Shown in pieces: positions 1 through 13,026 of a stretch of DNA of 57,859 nt (the first letter of the stretch is position 1; every line of letters begins with the position of its first letter). This DNA comes from Perkinsus chesapeaki ATCC PRA-425 (taxonomy: Eukaryota > Protista > Perkinsozoa). The translations under genes were made by a program, and so were the position numbers. A model generated the notes under the pieces. It ran no database searches and was not told the DNA's origin. It saw only the letters and a program-made list of their open reading frames with translations. The stretch is from positions 1-57,859 of the forward strand of contig JAAPAO010000174.1 in NCBI GenBank assembly GCA_013115145.1, read 5' to 3'.

Positions 1-425
1 TCGTTCAGAGGACTGGGTAACCAGAGAATTGTTACATATAGGCAACCAGAAGAGTGGGAACGAGACGCATGAGCTCGGCAAAGCACTTGCTTGGCAAAAG
101 CGGGCCGAAGGCCCGCGTTTTTACTATAAAACAAGTCCCCTATGGGCTTGCACACGTTCGGACCGGAATGCGCACAGGTTGGGACCGGTGGGCTAGTTCG
201 AGGCAGATGAGACCAACGATTATAAGTATGTAAGTATTTCCGGATACTACATACATTACCCATTTACAAGGACGTTTTAACACATTAAAACGTTGGCTCG
301 CAGCTGTCACAATAATGTGGTGGTACAGTAGTAAGCTTAGTATCTGCGTAAAATAAGCCGGTTAGTTGAATGCCCCACTGGGTATTAACTGTACTCAACA
401 CTAGTGTGGTAAAAACTGGCCTAAA

Positions 426-3400
426 TTAGCGCCACATTTTAATCAAACCATCTCTACCAGCAGTAACAAGAACATCTGACTGCGAAGAGAATACGCACAT
501 ATCGAGTACAGCATCTCTGTGACCATCATTGACCCTCATTTCGCCGCCACCACCACCCTCATCACTTGCATGTTGCTCGGTCGACCGTGGAGGGCTGTTC
601 ATGACTTGAACCCCACCAAGCTGTATTGGAGGACTTGGTGGCTCACTCGAGAAGGGTATGGCATAACCCGCACCTTGAGGCTGCCAGTATCGTACTACTG
701 CATCGTTGCCTGTGGTTAGGAGAGTCCACGGCCCGCCGCGAGAGGCGGAGATCTCTAACATCGAGCGCACCGTTAAACTGTTCGGATCTGCTCCTTCCTT
801 GATTCGCTGCGTCAAGACGTCTGCGCCGACGACAAAGTTCTGACGAGGTTGGTGGGTCACTTCGGTGAGCACCGGCAAGCTGATAGGCTCCTGAGGCCGA
901 GTTGAGTGCAACAGCTTTGTCGGGCGTATGTCGCCATCAGCCGCATTCACGAAGTCATACAGTGCCACCATGCCGCGGGTGCCCTCGGCGATCCAGAAGG
1001 ACTTGTTGCCGTCCTGGAGGGAGTTGCACATCATAGTGACAGGGAGGATCCCTGCCCCTGCACCATCCTGGTGCAGCTTGTACGTCCGAGAATGATACGA
1101 CAGGTAGCGAACGTCGAAAAGGCGGACGAAACCCGAGCGTGTCCCCAGCACTGTTGTCCGACCATCGGAGGAGCAGAGAATGCTGGTGGGGACGCCTACA
1201 GGTCTCGCCGGATCTATCACACTGAAGACGCATCGACCTGCTCTGATGTCGAAAGCAAAGACGCTGCCGTGCTGATTGGCGGCAAGGACAATATTCTCAA
1301 CGTCGGTATCCAGGCTTTCTACGGCCGCTATGCCGCCGCTCTCTGTTAGCGAGGACGATACTGTTCGCGGACGTGGTACCCTCAGTGTTACTACGGGATC
1401 GTTACCTGAGCAAGAAAAACGTCAAAGCCATGTAACATGCTTATCATTGGTACCTAGAGAGTCCATCCTGTATACGTAAAGCGCAGGGGTGGCCCCTCCC
1501 ACAGCAACGGATTTACAGTTCCGTAGGGCCTTCATTGGGAAGTTATAATGGAAAAGGGAGGCCTTCTCCAACTCCTCATCTGGCAGACTCACCACCTTAC
1601 TGCTAGTCGGGGCAATGTCCTCCTCGAGGATGTGGCCCCGCCAGGCCCTCAGCTACAGAGGATGACTCACTATCCATCAAACACGCTCGGCTTACCTGAC
1701 CATTGCCCCCCATTGCAAATATGAGCCGACCATCATCACTGGCATCTACCGCGACAACCTAACAACAACAGCTCAGGGAAAAGTATCCAGGAAAGAACCC
1801 AACCGATTCTCTCCCCTCCAGTAGGGATGCCGGAAGCATTGTCTACCTTAGTAATGGGAAAGCCTTTACATTCACTATGCCGTTGGTCGAGGGCGTTGAC
1901 GTGAGACTTACTGGCGCGGTGTGCGCGGCTCCTCCCCTGGCGCTCATAGGGTGGTAGCTCGACCGCTGTTGCAGCTGGCTGTCTCCTCCTAAATCGTACT
2001 CGAAGTCATATATGGTACCAATCAAGAAGCCTCCAGGTCGCCAAGTTGACGGGGTGGCCAAAGAGTATCTACTAAGGGCAGGAGATGGATTACGATGGCT
2101 ACTGTCCCTTACCCAGACGAGTCATTAGATTCGGCATGTTCGGTTTCCCCAACTGGTGTGGAGGCAGATTGCAAAGACCCCACCGAGATAGACGAGCCAC
2201 TGCTGGTGCCTGGTCAATGGCTTTAACACACGACAGTCTAGTTCGCCTACTATTGCTGCGGTTACCGCCGCCAAGGCCCACCGATGAGGCCACGTTGTCC
2301 CCAGACGGGTGTGTCAATTCTGTCAGAGAGGGTGGATCGACTCCGGCACGGCAATGGAGGTGGAGTCTCTGAGTATACCATAACATTTTCATCACATGGT
2401 TACGTGGTTACCTGGGCCCGCACCCTCCTGTGGCCGTACATGCCGTAAGTGTCAGCGTCATTACCGAGTACCCCACGGATCTCGTTGACAATCTGAAGCT
2501 TACGCTTGCTCACATAAAGTGTCTCTTGCGAGCCATCTAAGCGGTTGAGAGTTCCCAGGGCTGGTCGAGGCGGCGGCAATAGGAGGTGCCGCGCCCGCCA
2601 GTCCTTTTGGAGCCGGTTCACGTCGCCCTCGAAGGCCAGAGGTGCATCTGCTTCGGCTATTAAGTAATAAGGATAGATGGCCTGCACATTTGGATTAGAT
2701 ATGGGCACCCTGATGATCTGGATAGGGCCAGAGGTGCTGACTGGTGCTGGCTCCCCAAAACCGCCGCCATGCCCTGCAGCTCCGGCACGGTAGAATTTCT
2801 TGGCGAGTTCAACTCTGGCGGCTTCGACCTCATTCCTAGCGCTGCCACCTTCAGCTTGATCGCCGAGGACAAGCTCGTATGGTACCGGGCATAGGCCTTC
2901 AAGATCTCCAAAACACCGCCAACCTTTGGGGAGGTAGGGGGCGTTCTTCAGGTCATTAAAGGACCGTCGGCGTAAGTAGATGTACCTATCGAGCGAAAGA
3001 GGCTGATTACAGCACGGCGCCAAGCCTACGGCGGCTTACTGGAGGGCATCTCCAATGTGCTCTCGAATAGTTCCACATAGGAGCTTCTTAGCGGCTGAGT
3101 GAATGTACGCATTGGGGTGGCAAAGGTACGGCACAGCAGACTCGGCGAATCTCATAACAGACTCTCGGTGTACTGAGTTTGGGCCTGCCAAGGAGGATGT
3201 GGTGCATCAAGCATGCCGCGTGTTACCGTCATCGACCGCTGGTCTCTTATAGTCCTCTAATAGGCTCGTAGCGCCATGCAATGCACTGAGGGTTAGCCTA
3301 TCATCACCGAGGTCCTTGGATAGTGTTTGAGTATAGTATCTAATGTAAGAAAGGAATAATGGAGAGCCTTCCATACAGCCAGCCAGCTGGTAGCGAAGGC

Positions 3401-6400
3401 TCGAGTCGGACATTAGCGAACGCCAGTCGGCCCCAGTCGGATACGTAGATGACAAAAACGATGCCACAAAACATCGACGGGCGTAAAGACTGTGGACCAC
3501 TAGCAGCGAGTTTGGTAACTAATAGTAATTGACAGGCGAAAACTTACGGTAGAAGTGCGACATCCGCGACGAAGGCACCGAGCACAGATGCGCATTCTGG
3601 CGCCAAGCGGCAGAACGCCACTCGAACTTGTGGGCTTGGGTCGTTGAGAAAGCACATGAGGTACGGGAAGGTTAGGCCTCTGTCAGGGGTGCTCCTCCCG
3701 GGGGCCTCTACACCTTGACCAGGGGTGGGGCTCTCCGAATCCGGGCTCCGGGCGGTCACCGGCGGAACAGTCAGGGATGTCACATTTGGCCCTGAGAGAG
3801 TGACTATTCTTCACCACACTCCACGGCGTGAGCGTTCCATTGCCTTGGGTCGAGCCGCCGCTGCCGGGCATAGACTCTGGTGTTTGGGAGCACGGTGGCA
3901 ATAACGACGCGAACTTGGGCAGCGCCTGACACTCGCTGATGATGCTGCTCACAGACGGCTAGTCCTTTACTTCTAGCACTGCGAGTTTCACCGCCTCAGC
4001 TGCCCTAGGGGGAAGCTGGGCGGGGTCCGGACTAAGGCCCCCGGCTGAGGTAGACGACACCACTCGACCTGAGCGATCGGAAGGTGTACATGCAGAGAAC
4101 CGAGGATGCCACCGCCCACCGCTTGGAGTCCTCGCTGAGAAGTTGGTGCCTGGAGGGGCTCTCTGGAATACTTGTTGCAGATAGGTGGCAACGAAGTTAC
4201 GCATAGCGGCCTTTATGGCAGGCAAACTGGTGGCCGAGTTGCCAGACTGAATACATCGCTCTTCACCGAGATAGTCGTTTCCAGCGTACCGGTGATGCCA
4301 TTTCGCCAATGGTAACGGAAAGTTGAGCAAGCCTCACAGCAGCATGGGCAGAGTAGGCCAGGAGGTTAGCGTCTGATCTAGTAGCAATAAGAGACAGCAG
4401 AACTGGCCAAAGGTAGTCGACGAAAAGGGTGTAAACAGCCCCTGAGAAAGCGGGATGATAATGAAGAAGGCAGATCATCTACCTGTATCAGCCACTCCTC
4501 CAAGCTGACCAGATGCATATAGGGATTCATCTGAGGCATCAGCAGTATAAGGGACACATTCCATGGCAGCCACCAGCGATCGGAGGGCCTGACAAAAATC
4601 ATCTACGGTAGAGGGTGCCACAGAAACCCCTGCCTGGGCTCGACACTCGGCTGTGGGCTCCGTGCTGAGTGCGGCGTGACAATGCGGAACTGCCAGCTCC
4701 AACAATGCATGGCGGCTGCAAAAGGGCGCTAATGTACCTCAAACGCGGGTGCTGTATAAGGACCAAAGGGTGGGAGAAGTAGCTCACCAAGCATCATAAG
4801 GGATACCTGTCGTGTCCTCGGATGGCTACCTGCATGCCCAGCCGACGTGATGATACCTGATAGCATTATCGAGGCAGCCAGAGGGGAAGTCAATTACTGA
4901 TGAGAATGGACAGAATATCTCGATCGCCACCGCTGCCATCGGAGCCCTCAACCTCTACTTCGGGGACAATGGGGTCTTTAGGGAAAAGGGTAAGCATTAA
5001 TTCTGACATATTGCCGGATAGATGCTCCTCCCAATCAGCCTCGACCTGGCATGATAATGACCCCGACGGTGGTATCCATCAGCTCACCTTTCCTCCCTGG
5101 CAATGGGCCTCCGCACTCCTCCTCCACAACGATAGCAGCATGCCGTAGAAAGCTTTACAGCAGGATGGTCGCAATGTGGGATGAGGGAACTTCTTGCCGT
5201 CATCCAGCCCTCCACAGGCTAGCGGATCGTAGTGAGCTGGAGGGGAGCAGCAGATGTACAGCCACCGAGGCTTGGCGAAGAGTCTTACGCGTTGCCGTCT
5301 GATCGCCGTTTACTGCCTCTGGACGCTGCACATACTCCTGTTGGTTCTGGAAGAAGCTCATCTGCTGCGTCTGTGAGCTCTCGTATACCTACACGGCTTT
5401 GATGAGGAGATATGACCAGGAGGGATGGGGGCTTACAGCACTGAGAGTATTGGTATCGATATCCGGGCAGCCATCAGACACTAGACTAGTCACTGCTGAC
5501 AGAATTTCCTTGTAACTCGGAGCAGTGACGGTAAGGTAGTGCATCCTACGGAGGCATTGCAGAAGTAGATCTCGAGGGACCTAGCAGCTAAGGGTTCAGG
5601 AAGGAGTTGATTGAGCTTTTTACTAGCATGAGAATGAGGTAGGGCAGGTTATGAGCGATAAGGTCTATTCGCATGTCGGCGGCCATGTAGATAGGATTCG
5701 ACTGCATAACCATATCTGATGGAATAGAAGTGTACGAAGCGTACGTGGTTAAACTAGATGTACTCAGAGTCAGCAGACCCTCTCCGAATGCAACAGGGAA
5801 GAGAGGCTCGTTACTGCCGTCTCCTTGGTCTGCACGGGAGAACGACATCGCCAATAGGGACGCCGGTAATGGCCGAGATGCTGGATCGAGTGATATCAAT
5901 GAGGTGATGAGCTTGCGGATACGCGGATTCTGTACGAGAACTGCGGAGAGGCCAGCTTGTGGGCTGCCTACATGAACATGTTGTGTCGCTTGAGCCACGT
6001 GCGACTCGGATTCCTTATCTGGCCTACCACCGCCACGAACCAGAGAGTGCCTGGGTACAGAAAAGGCAGGAATAGAACACCGCCAACAGGAGTCACTTTA
6101 CATTCGAAGAGCATCGGGGAGATCAAAGATAGTATGTGAATGATCTGCACTGAATATCTCGGCAGCGCAGCATCCGAGGCTGAAGGAGTCGTACCGCTGC
6201 TGAACTGGGGAAAATACCTGCGAGGTTAGGTATTCAGAGAAAATATGGCAAAGGGGACACGACCCTACCGGTCTGCCAGTTACGATCCCCAATCCACCAC
6301 TGCTGTCCGCATCGGAGCGGAACCTCTCGGGGGCGATATAACAGCGATTTCGGGAAAGATACTGAACACACATTGGGCATGGACGGGGAGCTACTAATAT

Positions 6401-7844
6401 TTCGGTACCCCTCTTTGAGACACCTCTCGATCAAGTCCAGGGAGATCTCCGCCTGGTGGAGCGATGCCAGTGGCAGTAGCAAAAAATAATGAAAACACTG
6501 CGCTGGCCTCCTCTCCTGCAGGCAGAGTATCCGGCTTCAACACGCCGAAGGAACCAAGGTCGCCAAGCATCACCTTAAAAATGAAGAGAGTCGTCCATGA
6601 AACATGGATAATGATGGTGGCGTACTTGTTCGCTGCCACCGACGACAAAGACATTCTCAGTTTTCAAGTCGCCATGAACTCTGCCAAGAGCATGTAGCTG
6701 AGCTAATGCACAGACCAACTGATACCTGACAGGGGAGAAGGTTATTGGACGTACACGATTCGCAAGGGTAGTGGCTATGACCGATGATGAAAACAGTGGC
6801 GTCACGAGATTCACAGGGGGACTAGCTCAAATGGTAGAGCGCTCGCTTAGCAAGCGAGAGGCACCGGGATCGATGCCCGGGTTCTCCATTTTTCCTCTCC
6901 AGAAGTCTCACGCATTCGAAGTCTCATCCAATGTAATGTAAGCATTCCGCAAACTGCTAGTATATTTCCAGCTCCCAGTTTGTCAGCCTTCTGCAGCTAA
7001 GTCCTGGCGATCAACTTACAAGATCCACAGTTTCAGCGTTTCTGTTAAAGTCGGTTGAGTGTACAGCCTATCAGTCAATGTCCGCTGCATGTACCTGTTC
7101 CAACACACATAGGCACTGACGCCTTTGACACTCTACTCGTTCTTACTGTCTAACCAATACAGCGCTAGCATCAGAGACTAAGACGTTCGAGTAGGGCAGC
7201 AAGTTCGGATACAGCACTGCTCGTGCCGCGTAATCATTCCGCAGATTAATCTAGGCAAGCATAATCACGCCAGGGACCGTCCGTCGAGCAACGAGCTCAC
7301 TAATGATATCCTTATCGGCTCTAGAAACTGCGTGGTGATAGACTCCCCTGCTCCATGAGGTCTCGGAGGCGTGGATGCGCGCCCACTCTAATGGAGAGCG
7401 TCGGGTCTCGCCTAGATGTAGGAGCGGAGCTTTTGTTCCCTACTACTTTCGCAAGATCCCCATCACTCCCAAACGCCCGCTTTAATCCGCCACTAGGTGG
7501 GCTGGCAGCACGACTGAGATCCTCAGTGGCCGGTGGCTGTTGCTGTTGCTGTACAAGTGCTGGTACAAACAGCTTTCCAACAAACTCTACCGCTGGTGTG
7601 ATGGGCGACCCGAAAAGGAATACCTATTCAGCGCCAGCTGTCACACAGCGAGGAACCGGACGGTGTGAGAAGGTTCGTATGGTGCCCTTAATACTACCTT
7701 GAATAGCTTATACGAGGCTATATGGCATTTCCTCTCCTGCGATATCTCCGGGTAATCATTGAGATAGGAATCGACCTGTGATAGCTTCACACTCGAAGCT
7801 GGTTCCACAACGTAGCCTGGATAGCTCGACTGCTGCAGGCCCAT
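426..7844 (-). CDS. VPS15: VPS15/PIK3R4 PI3K-III regulatory kinase-like subunit, multi-exon (kinase - HEAT - WD40)
   Basis: The start at 7844 gives MGLQQSS (MGxxxS myristoylation pattern). Spliced exons read SQVDSYLNDYPE..KLFKVV, PNLLPYSNV..AVLVRQYMQRTLTDRLY..KLWILYQLVCALAQLHALGRVHGDLKTENV, DLGSF..KP, CYIAPERF, HEAT-type FLNDPSPQVRVAF, WRPGGFLIG, and WD40 end HRDAVLDM..VTAGRDGLIKMWR. This matches the Vps15 domain order. Internal exon boundaries are only partly resolved. Confidence 0.9.
6816..6888 (+). tRNA. tRNA-Ala-AGC: tRNA-Ala (anticodon AGC), intronless
   Basis: Full cloverleaf: acceptor GGGGGAC/GTTCTCC with G3:U70 (Ala identity), D arm TAGCTCAAATGGTAGAGC, anticodon stem CTCGC/GCGAG with loop TTAGCAA, T arm CCGGG-ATCGATG-CCCGG, discriminator A. 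Confidence 0.97.
6889..6893 (+). terminator. Pol III terminator (T5) of tRNA-Ala
   Basis: TTTTT directly follows the discriminator base. Confidence 0.8.
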
Positions 7845-9808
7845 GGAGGAATGGGACACAAGTCACACTTGCCCCAGATACGCATTGTCGTCTCCAATCA
7901 TTACCATTAACACTTAACGAACACAACAGTGTTTGCTACAGACGCTTGAAAGTGCTCCTTAATTAACAGCTTGTCCTCCAATTATTATTCAACCATGGTC
8001 AGTGCCGTTTCAAGTTGGGATAAGAGCAGTTGTTGTCACATGGGCCATGACTAACTACCAGTTAGTATGTGGAATTACGATAACTCAATCGAATATATAG
8101 TGTCATACAAATATTCATACAGCGAACTTATACTACCCCCTCGCACTATATTAACACTGAAACCACATAAGTCGTGCGCTGCCTACGCCTACAAAATGCA
8201 AGGACTGTCCGAAATGTTGCAGAACCATCTCAAAATTCCCGCCAATCATCTCCCTGTATAATATGACAACTTGCGACATGACGTGCATGCATCACCACAC
8301 TAATAGATACCCCATCCAACATCGCATGCCGTTGACAATAACCGTTGGAGCGGAACACAGTGAACATCCGGGGGCGGTGAAGAATATGTCCCGCGAGTAT
8401 GTCATTGGTCCCACGATGGTAAGTTAGGAAAGAAGGCTCCACCTTCGCGATCGGTCCGAAACAGTCTGGCGAATGGCTCACTTCCCACCGCTGACAGTGA
8501 TGCGTATCGACGATATCGAGCCAACACTGGTCCCTCGTATATCTCACAGATCCGCTAGCCTTCCTGATCCCTTGGATTAAACCTCCCGTGACAGAACGGA
8601 TTTACCGTATATGTGGGATTTACCCTACAGCGTTGTTGTAGCGACGGCATAATACCAAAGTGCCCATGGCTCTTTGAAGCATCAACAACCTAGGTAACCC
8701 CCTCACCCCCCGCATAGACGATTTGTTGCGATGTCAGAGTAGCGTCGCCATAGGCCACATCCTGCATAAGCACGTAGATGATATAGACACTTCATTGTGC
8801 AGCATATACCGATACTAACTGTTCAAGACTATACAAGTTTAAGATTCCGATTACCACTATACTCGAGCTGCTACTACATATGACTAATACTGCCCTACTA
8901 GGGTGTTCCCCCTTCCCGACCCCGTAGGTATAGTACCTATCAGCCTCATCACACACAAAGCCCTCCACTGTTATAGCCTAAACAAGCCATCTTCGACCAA
9001 GTCAATGCCACAAACACGCCACCGTGGCCGCTTCAAAAGATACAATCAAATAACTCCAGTCAAAGGTTAGCTACGACAGCCTGCCATCAAAGGGAAAGTA
9101 TCGTGTCCTACCGAGTAGTGCTCTGGGCCAGAGCACTGGAGCCTCTGGCATATACACCTTATCCTACCGATCGATCCGTGACCAACACCAGAGGCCTTGC
9201 CAAGACCTCTAACCAAACCGTCAAGCCGGTAAACCAATACCGTCTTGGTTTACCTCAAGTACACCGTACACACTCTCACTATGTGTGGGTTAAGCCATGC
9301 CACCTGTGAAAGTTGCCCTTAGTTAATGTTCGCATTTCAGATCCCACCTAGCAGCAAGGCATTCAGACTTTACATTCGACCAAGCAATGCCCACTGTTTG
9401 GTGTCCATACAAACAGAGATCAAATAATAATTATATAAAGAATATTAATATACTATAAATATTTACTATCGCATTATAAAGGGACACATAACAACAACAT
9501 AAATAGATATACCTAGTCACGACCGAATGATGCATACCTACTACGCCCGAGGATACTCACTTAAATACATCTAGAGGGCGAACTCCACCACGATTACCAT
9601 GCGCTAAACGATTCCAGTCCTTGCGACCCGCAAGTGCTTCAGCAGGACCAGGCAGCCGGAGGAGGATTGCATTAAGGTCTCCACAGCCTCTAGAGATCTT
9701 TAGATTGCTTTGGCGAACGCCAAAGCGACAGCGCAGAATTGAAGACTGGGAATCCCGTCTCACTCGCACCACTTGAACGTCTCCCAAGGCAAAACCCGTC
9801 ATTATTAA

Positions 9809-11299
9809 ATGTCAACTGCAGTCTCTTCTCGACCCGGTGGCTTCTTCACCGTAAGTATCTGACTACTACCCGACCACATCCATATCGCCGTCAGGGATGC
9901 TTCACTGTCTGTAAGCCCTCCCGCAGCCGATACGAACCTGAATCTGATTCCGAGGAGAGTGACAATGATGATGAGCTCGACGAGTTACCGCCAGTAGGAC
10001 TTTAGATGTTGCCTTGACTATCTCGGTTTGTTGCTTAGGACTTCTTCCAGCAAGCCCCCAAAGGGCCTCGAATGTCCGTGTCAGCTGAGGCCTATGGTGT
10101 ATGGAATGTTAGGAAGGTCTTTGAGCCGCCAGTCCACCCTAAGACCGATGAACAGAAAAAACGAATTAAAGAAGTGGAACGGAGACGCTTGCGCGGATTT
10201 GCTGGATTGCTGAGCTACAGGTTCTTTCCAACTCCTTTATGTTCACCTCGCTGGATGGTAAAGATTTGGAGTCAGTTATCATGGCCGCCGAGGAGGTCCT
10301 AATCAACCTCATTTTGTATCTTCTAACTGCGCTCACTCTACTAGGTTGTTATTAATAAAGGCGATCGTATTATCAAGCAAGGTGACGACGGTAACCATTT
10401 GTATATAGTAGAGACCGGCTCGCTTGATTGCTACAAGAAATTCCCAGGTAGCCCAGTGTAGATCTGAAAGCCTTTGTCCACGGTCCCTCTCACAGATGGC
10501 GAGAAAAAGGTGAAGACGTGTGTGCCTGGCGACTGCTTTGGTGAACTATCCCTTCTATACAACACTCCCCGTGCAGCCAGCGTTGAAGCCAGCGAGCCCT
10601 GCACGCTATGGCGTCTAGATCGTGAGACCTTCAACCACATTGTTAAGGTAATTCCGGATCCCAAGCCAAGGCCGTTACCGGTTGACCTTAGGAGTCGGCT
10701 GCTCGGAAGCGCGATCGGTACGAAGCCTTCTTGCGCTCGGTGCCTGTCTTCAACCCTCTGGACGCATACGAGCTCTCACAGGTATGTTAGATGAGGCACA
10801 GGAACTAGAGAAACTAGAAAAAGGGATGGGCTATCAACTCAGGTCGCTGATGCATTGAAGACCGAGTCTTTTAAGAATGGTGACATTATTGTCCAACAGG
10901 TGAGTTACAAGTCGACTGCGAATCAACCTATAGAGTATCTTTAGGGTGACCCTGGAGACCAATTCTATCTCGTTGAAAGCGGTACATGTGAAGCCTTTAA
11001 GAATGGCAAAGAGAAGTCTGTCCGAGAGTAATGGAATATCGCTACTCAACTAACTCCTGAAGATGCAGCATTGTCCTTCAGTTATGCTATCGGTGATTAC
11101 TTCGGTGAGCTCGCCTTACTGCGTAACGCTCCCCGAGCAGCGACTATTAAAGCGACCAGCGATGCGACTTGTCTCGTTATCGAACGGAGAGCATTCAAAC
11201 GGTACGTGGTACGTTACCATTGGATTCCGTATCCATATTCCCAGATTGCTCGGGTCTCTTGAGGACCTCATGGCCCGCGAGTCTAAGCTATACAAGTGA
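9809..11299 (+). CDS. PKAR: cAMP-dependent protein kinase regulatory subunit, multi-exon
   Basis: Spliced protein [14 protein letters not shown]|[13 protein letters not shown]|[34 protein letters not shown]|VLSNSFMF... It has two cNMP phosphate-binding cassettes ([30 protein letters not shown]) and ends [22 protein letters not shown] introns restore the frame. Confidence 0.92.
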
Positions 11300-11395
11300 C
11301 CATTTCCCCAGTTGTGTTATTTACGGTGTCCCTCAATACTGACACTGTGTTTAGTTGACTATAAAGTGCATAACTCAACAGATCTCTAATCAAGC

Positions 11396-12970
11396 TCAAA
11401 GCCTCGAAGGAAACACGTCACCAGAGCTCCAGCATTCTCCACTTTCCCAGCCAGCTTGAAGGGTTACACGCTGGGGGTATCTATCGATCCACATCCAGCA
11501 TAGGAAGGCACCGTAAATTCCTGTGCCGTCGAAAGTCCAGAACTTGCAGCTTCCCGGAATCCCTGAGGAGAACCAGAATGTGCGATTGTCGAGCAAGAAC
11601 GATACCTGTAGAGTCCTCGTAGGTCGAGCAATGAGTTCGGCACTCCTCGGCAGTGTCATGGAAGGGCACCGTAATCACGGCATCGTCGTGTCCCCAACCT
11701 CGAGCGTTCACCCTTCTAGTAGCACAATCAGATCTTCCCCGATTCGCTATCGGAAGAACCATGGGAAACTGTCACCGATTACATCTGAGCAGAGATCGAC
11801 GGCGTTGTGGTACTCTGGAAGGCGCGAAGACATCTGTCCGACCGAAGACCATCAGATGCCGGCCATGGTGGCCGATTGGTCTGTAGTTGCCAGGGAGCTT
11901 GTACTGGTCATATCGGCATTGCAGAGCTTTCCATCTGCCTAAATCTTCATAGTGCAGCGACTCCGTATCTGAATGTCAGCCCAGGTTCCGGTAGGGTCGG
12001 AAGACTCTACTGAAGTTGTCCTCCAAGCTCTCCCCGGACCCAGCGCCGACGATTACTATCTTCGGACGTATCTGACGCATGCGGAGCGTCAATTGACTGT
12101 GATGTTATCCATCAGTCTTGCAGGTTGTGAGAATTCTCGAACAATAAGATGGTTGCGAGTCGCAACTGGGGACAGAAGTTGTCACAACCAGACCAGATAC
12201 TGTGCAGATCTAATGCTTTCATGAACCTTACTCCTCCGCCTGAAAATAGCTCCGTCAGGAGATCGCATCCAAACACGGCCAACGGATGCATTATCAAGAC
12301 ATCCGGGGACCGATGGACAATCTGCCTCCTCCAACCAGAGTCAAGATGTCGATAGAGCTGAAGCACTACCATGCTACTTCAGCACTTTGCAGGATTCTCA
12401 CGGTACTTGTCTCCTTGTAGGGAAGTCTTGCGTGGTTGATATTTTGGACCTTCGCTTTACTATATCGCCTCGTCGTCTATCCTCATCACGAAAAGTGTAC
12501 TCAAATGGGACAGCATCGGCTTTTAAACGATACTCATAATAGCCGTAGCCGAGCTCGTCTATGAGACATTGTGTAGGGTCATGTCGGAGGGTGTACCTGC
12601 CCTTTGGGGATATGCCCTGCTTACTGCAGGCGGTCTGAGCTACTGTAGCGATTCCTTGTGTTTCCCTCGAGGAGGGTCTTCGCAGCGAATTTCGTCGGCG
12701 CTGGGCCTGACGGTTATTAGCTTGTAACTCATCGGTGGCGCATTTGGCGTCGTCTCGATCCTGAAGTGCCCTTGAGCATTTTATTGCGGCGTTGTTTCCG
12801 CGTCTTACGTCTGGAGCAGGTCTATGATAGATGGTATATGACCACCCAGAGTGGAGGCTGGAATTATCGATGCTACGGGCCACAGGGTGAACCGCATTGA
12901 TTGACAATTCTGCAGCCGATAGACCTCCCGGTGTGCACTTGACTGAACAGCAAACACCCACAGCCATCAC
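11396..12970 (-). CDS. unresolved hypothetical coding region (190-aa ORF 12398-12970 plus possible downstream exons)
   Basis: One 190-aa ORF and several shorter minus-strand ORFs with splice-like ends. No family recognised and no consistent splice model built. Confidence 0.3.
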
Positions 12971-13026
12971 GAAACGGATTCATCAGCTGATGCCAGATAA
13001 TTTTACGAGAAGTATTATCATGCATA

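Noticed and set aside
5989-5997. CTTGAGCCA, a 9-nt match to the SL reverse complement inside VPS15
   Set aside because: A 9-mer match is expected by chance in 58 kb.
8230-9310. Short ORFs and coding-like fragments between VPS15 and PKAR
   Set aside because: Multiple stops in every frame and no recognisable motif. It may be a decayed gene but cannot be supported.
11985-12095. Minus-strand KIVIVGAGSG Rossmann-like motif
   Set aside because: It is not a true GxGxxG, sits in a short stop-bounded frame and has no supporting downstream motifs.
12398-12970. ApiAP2-like look of the 190-aa ORF
   Set aside because: It lacks the W-x-A-x-W and F....G...A pattern of AP2; left as hypothetical.
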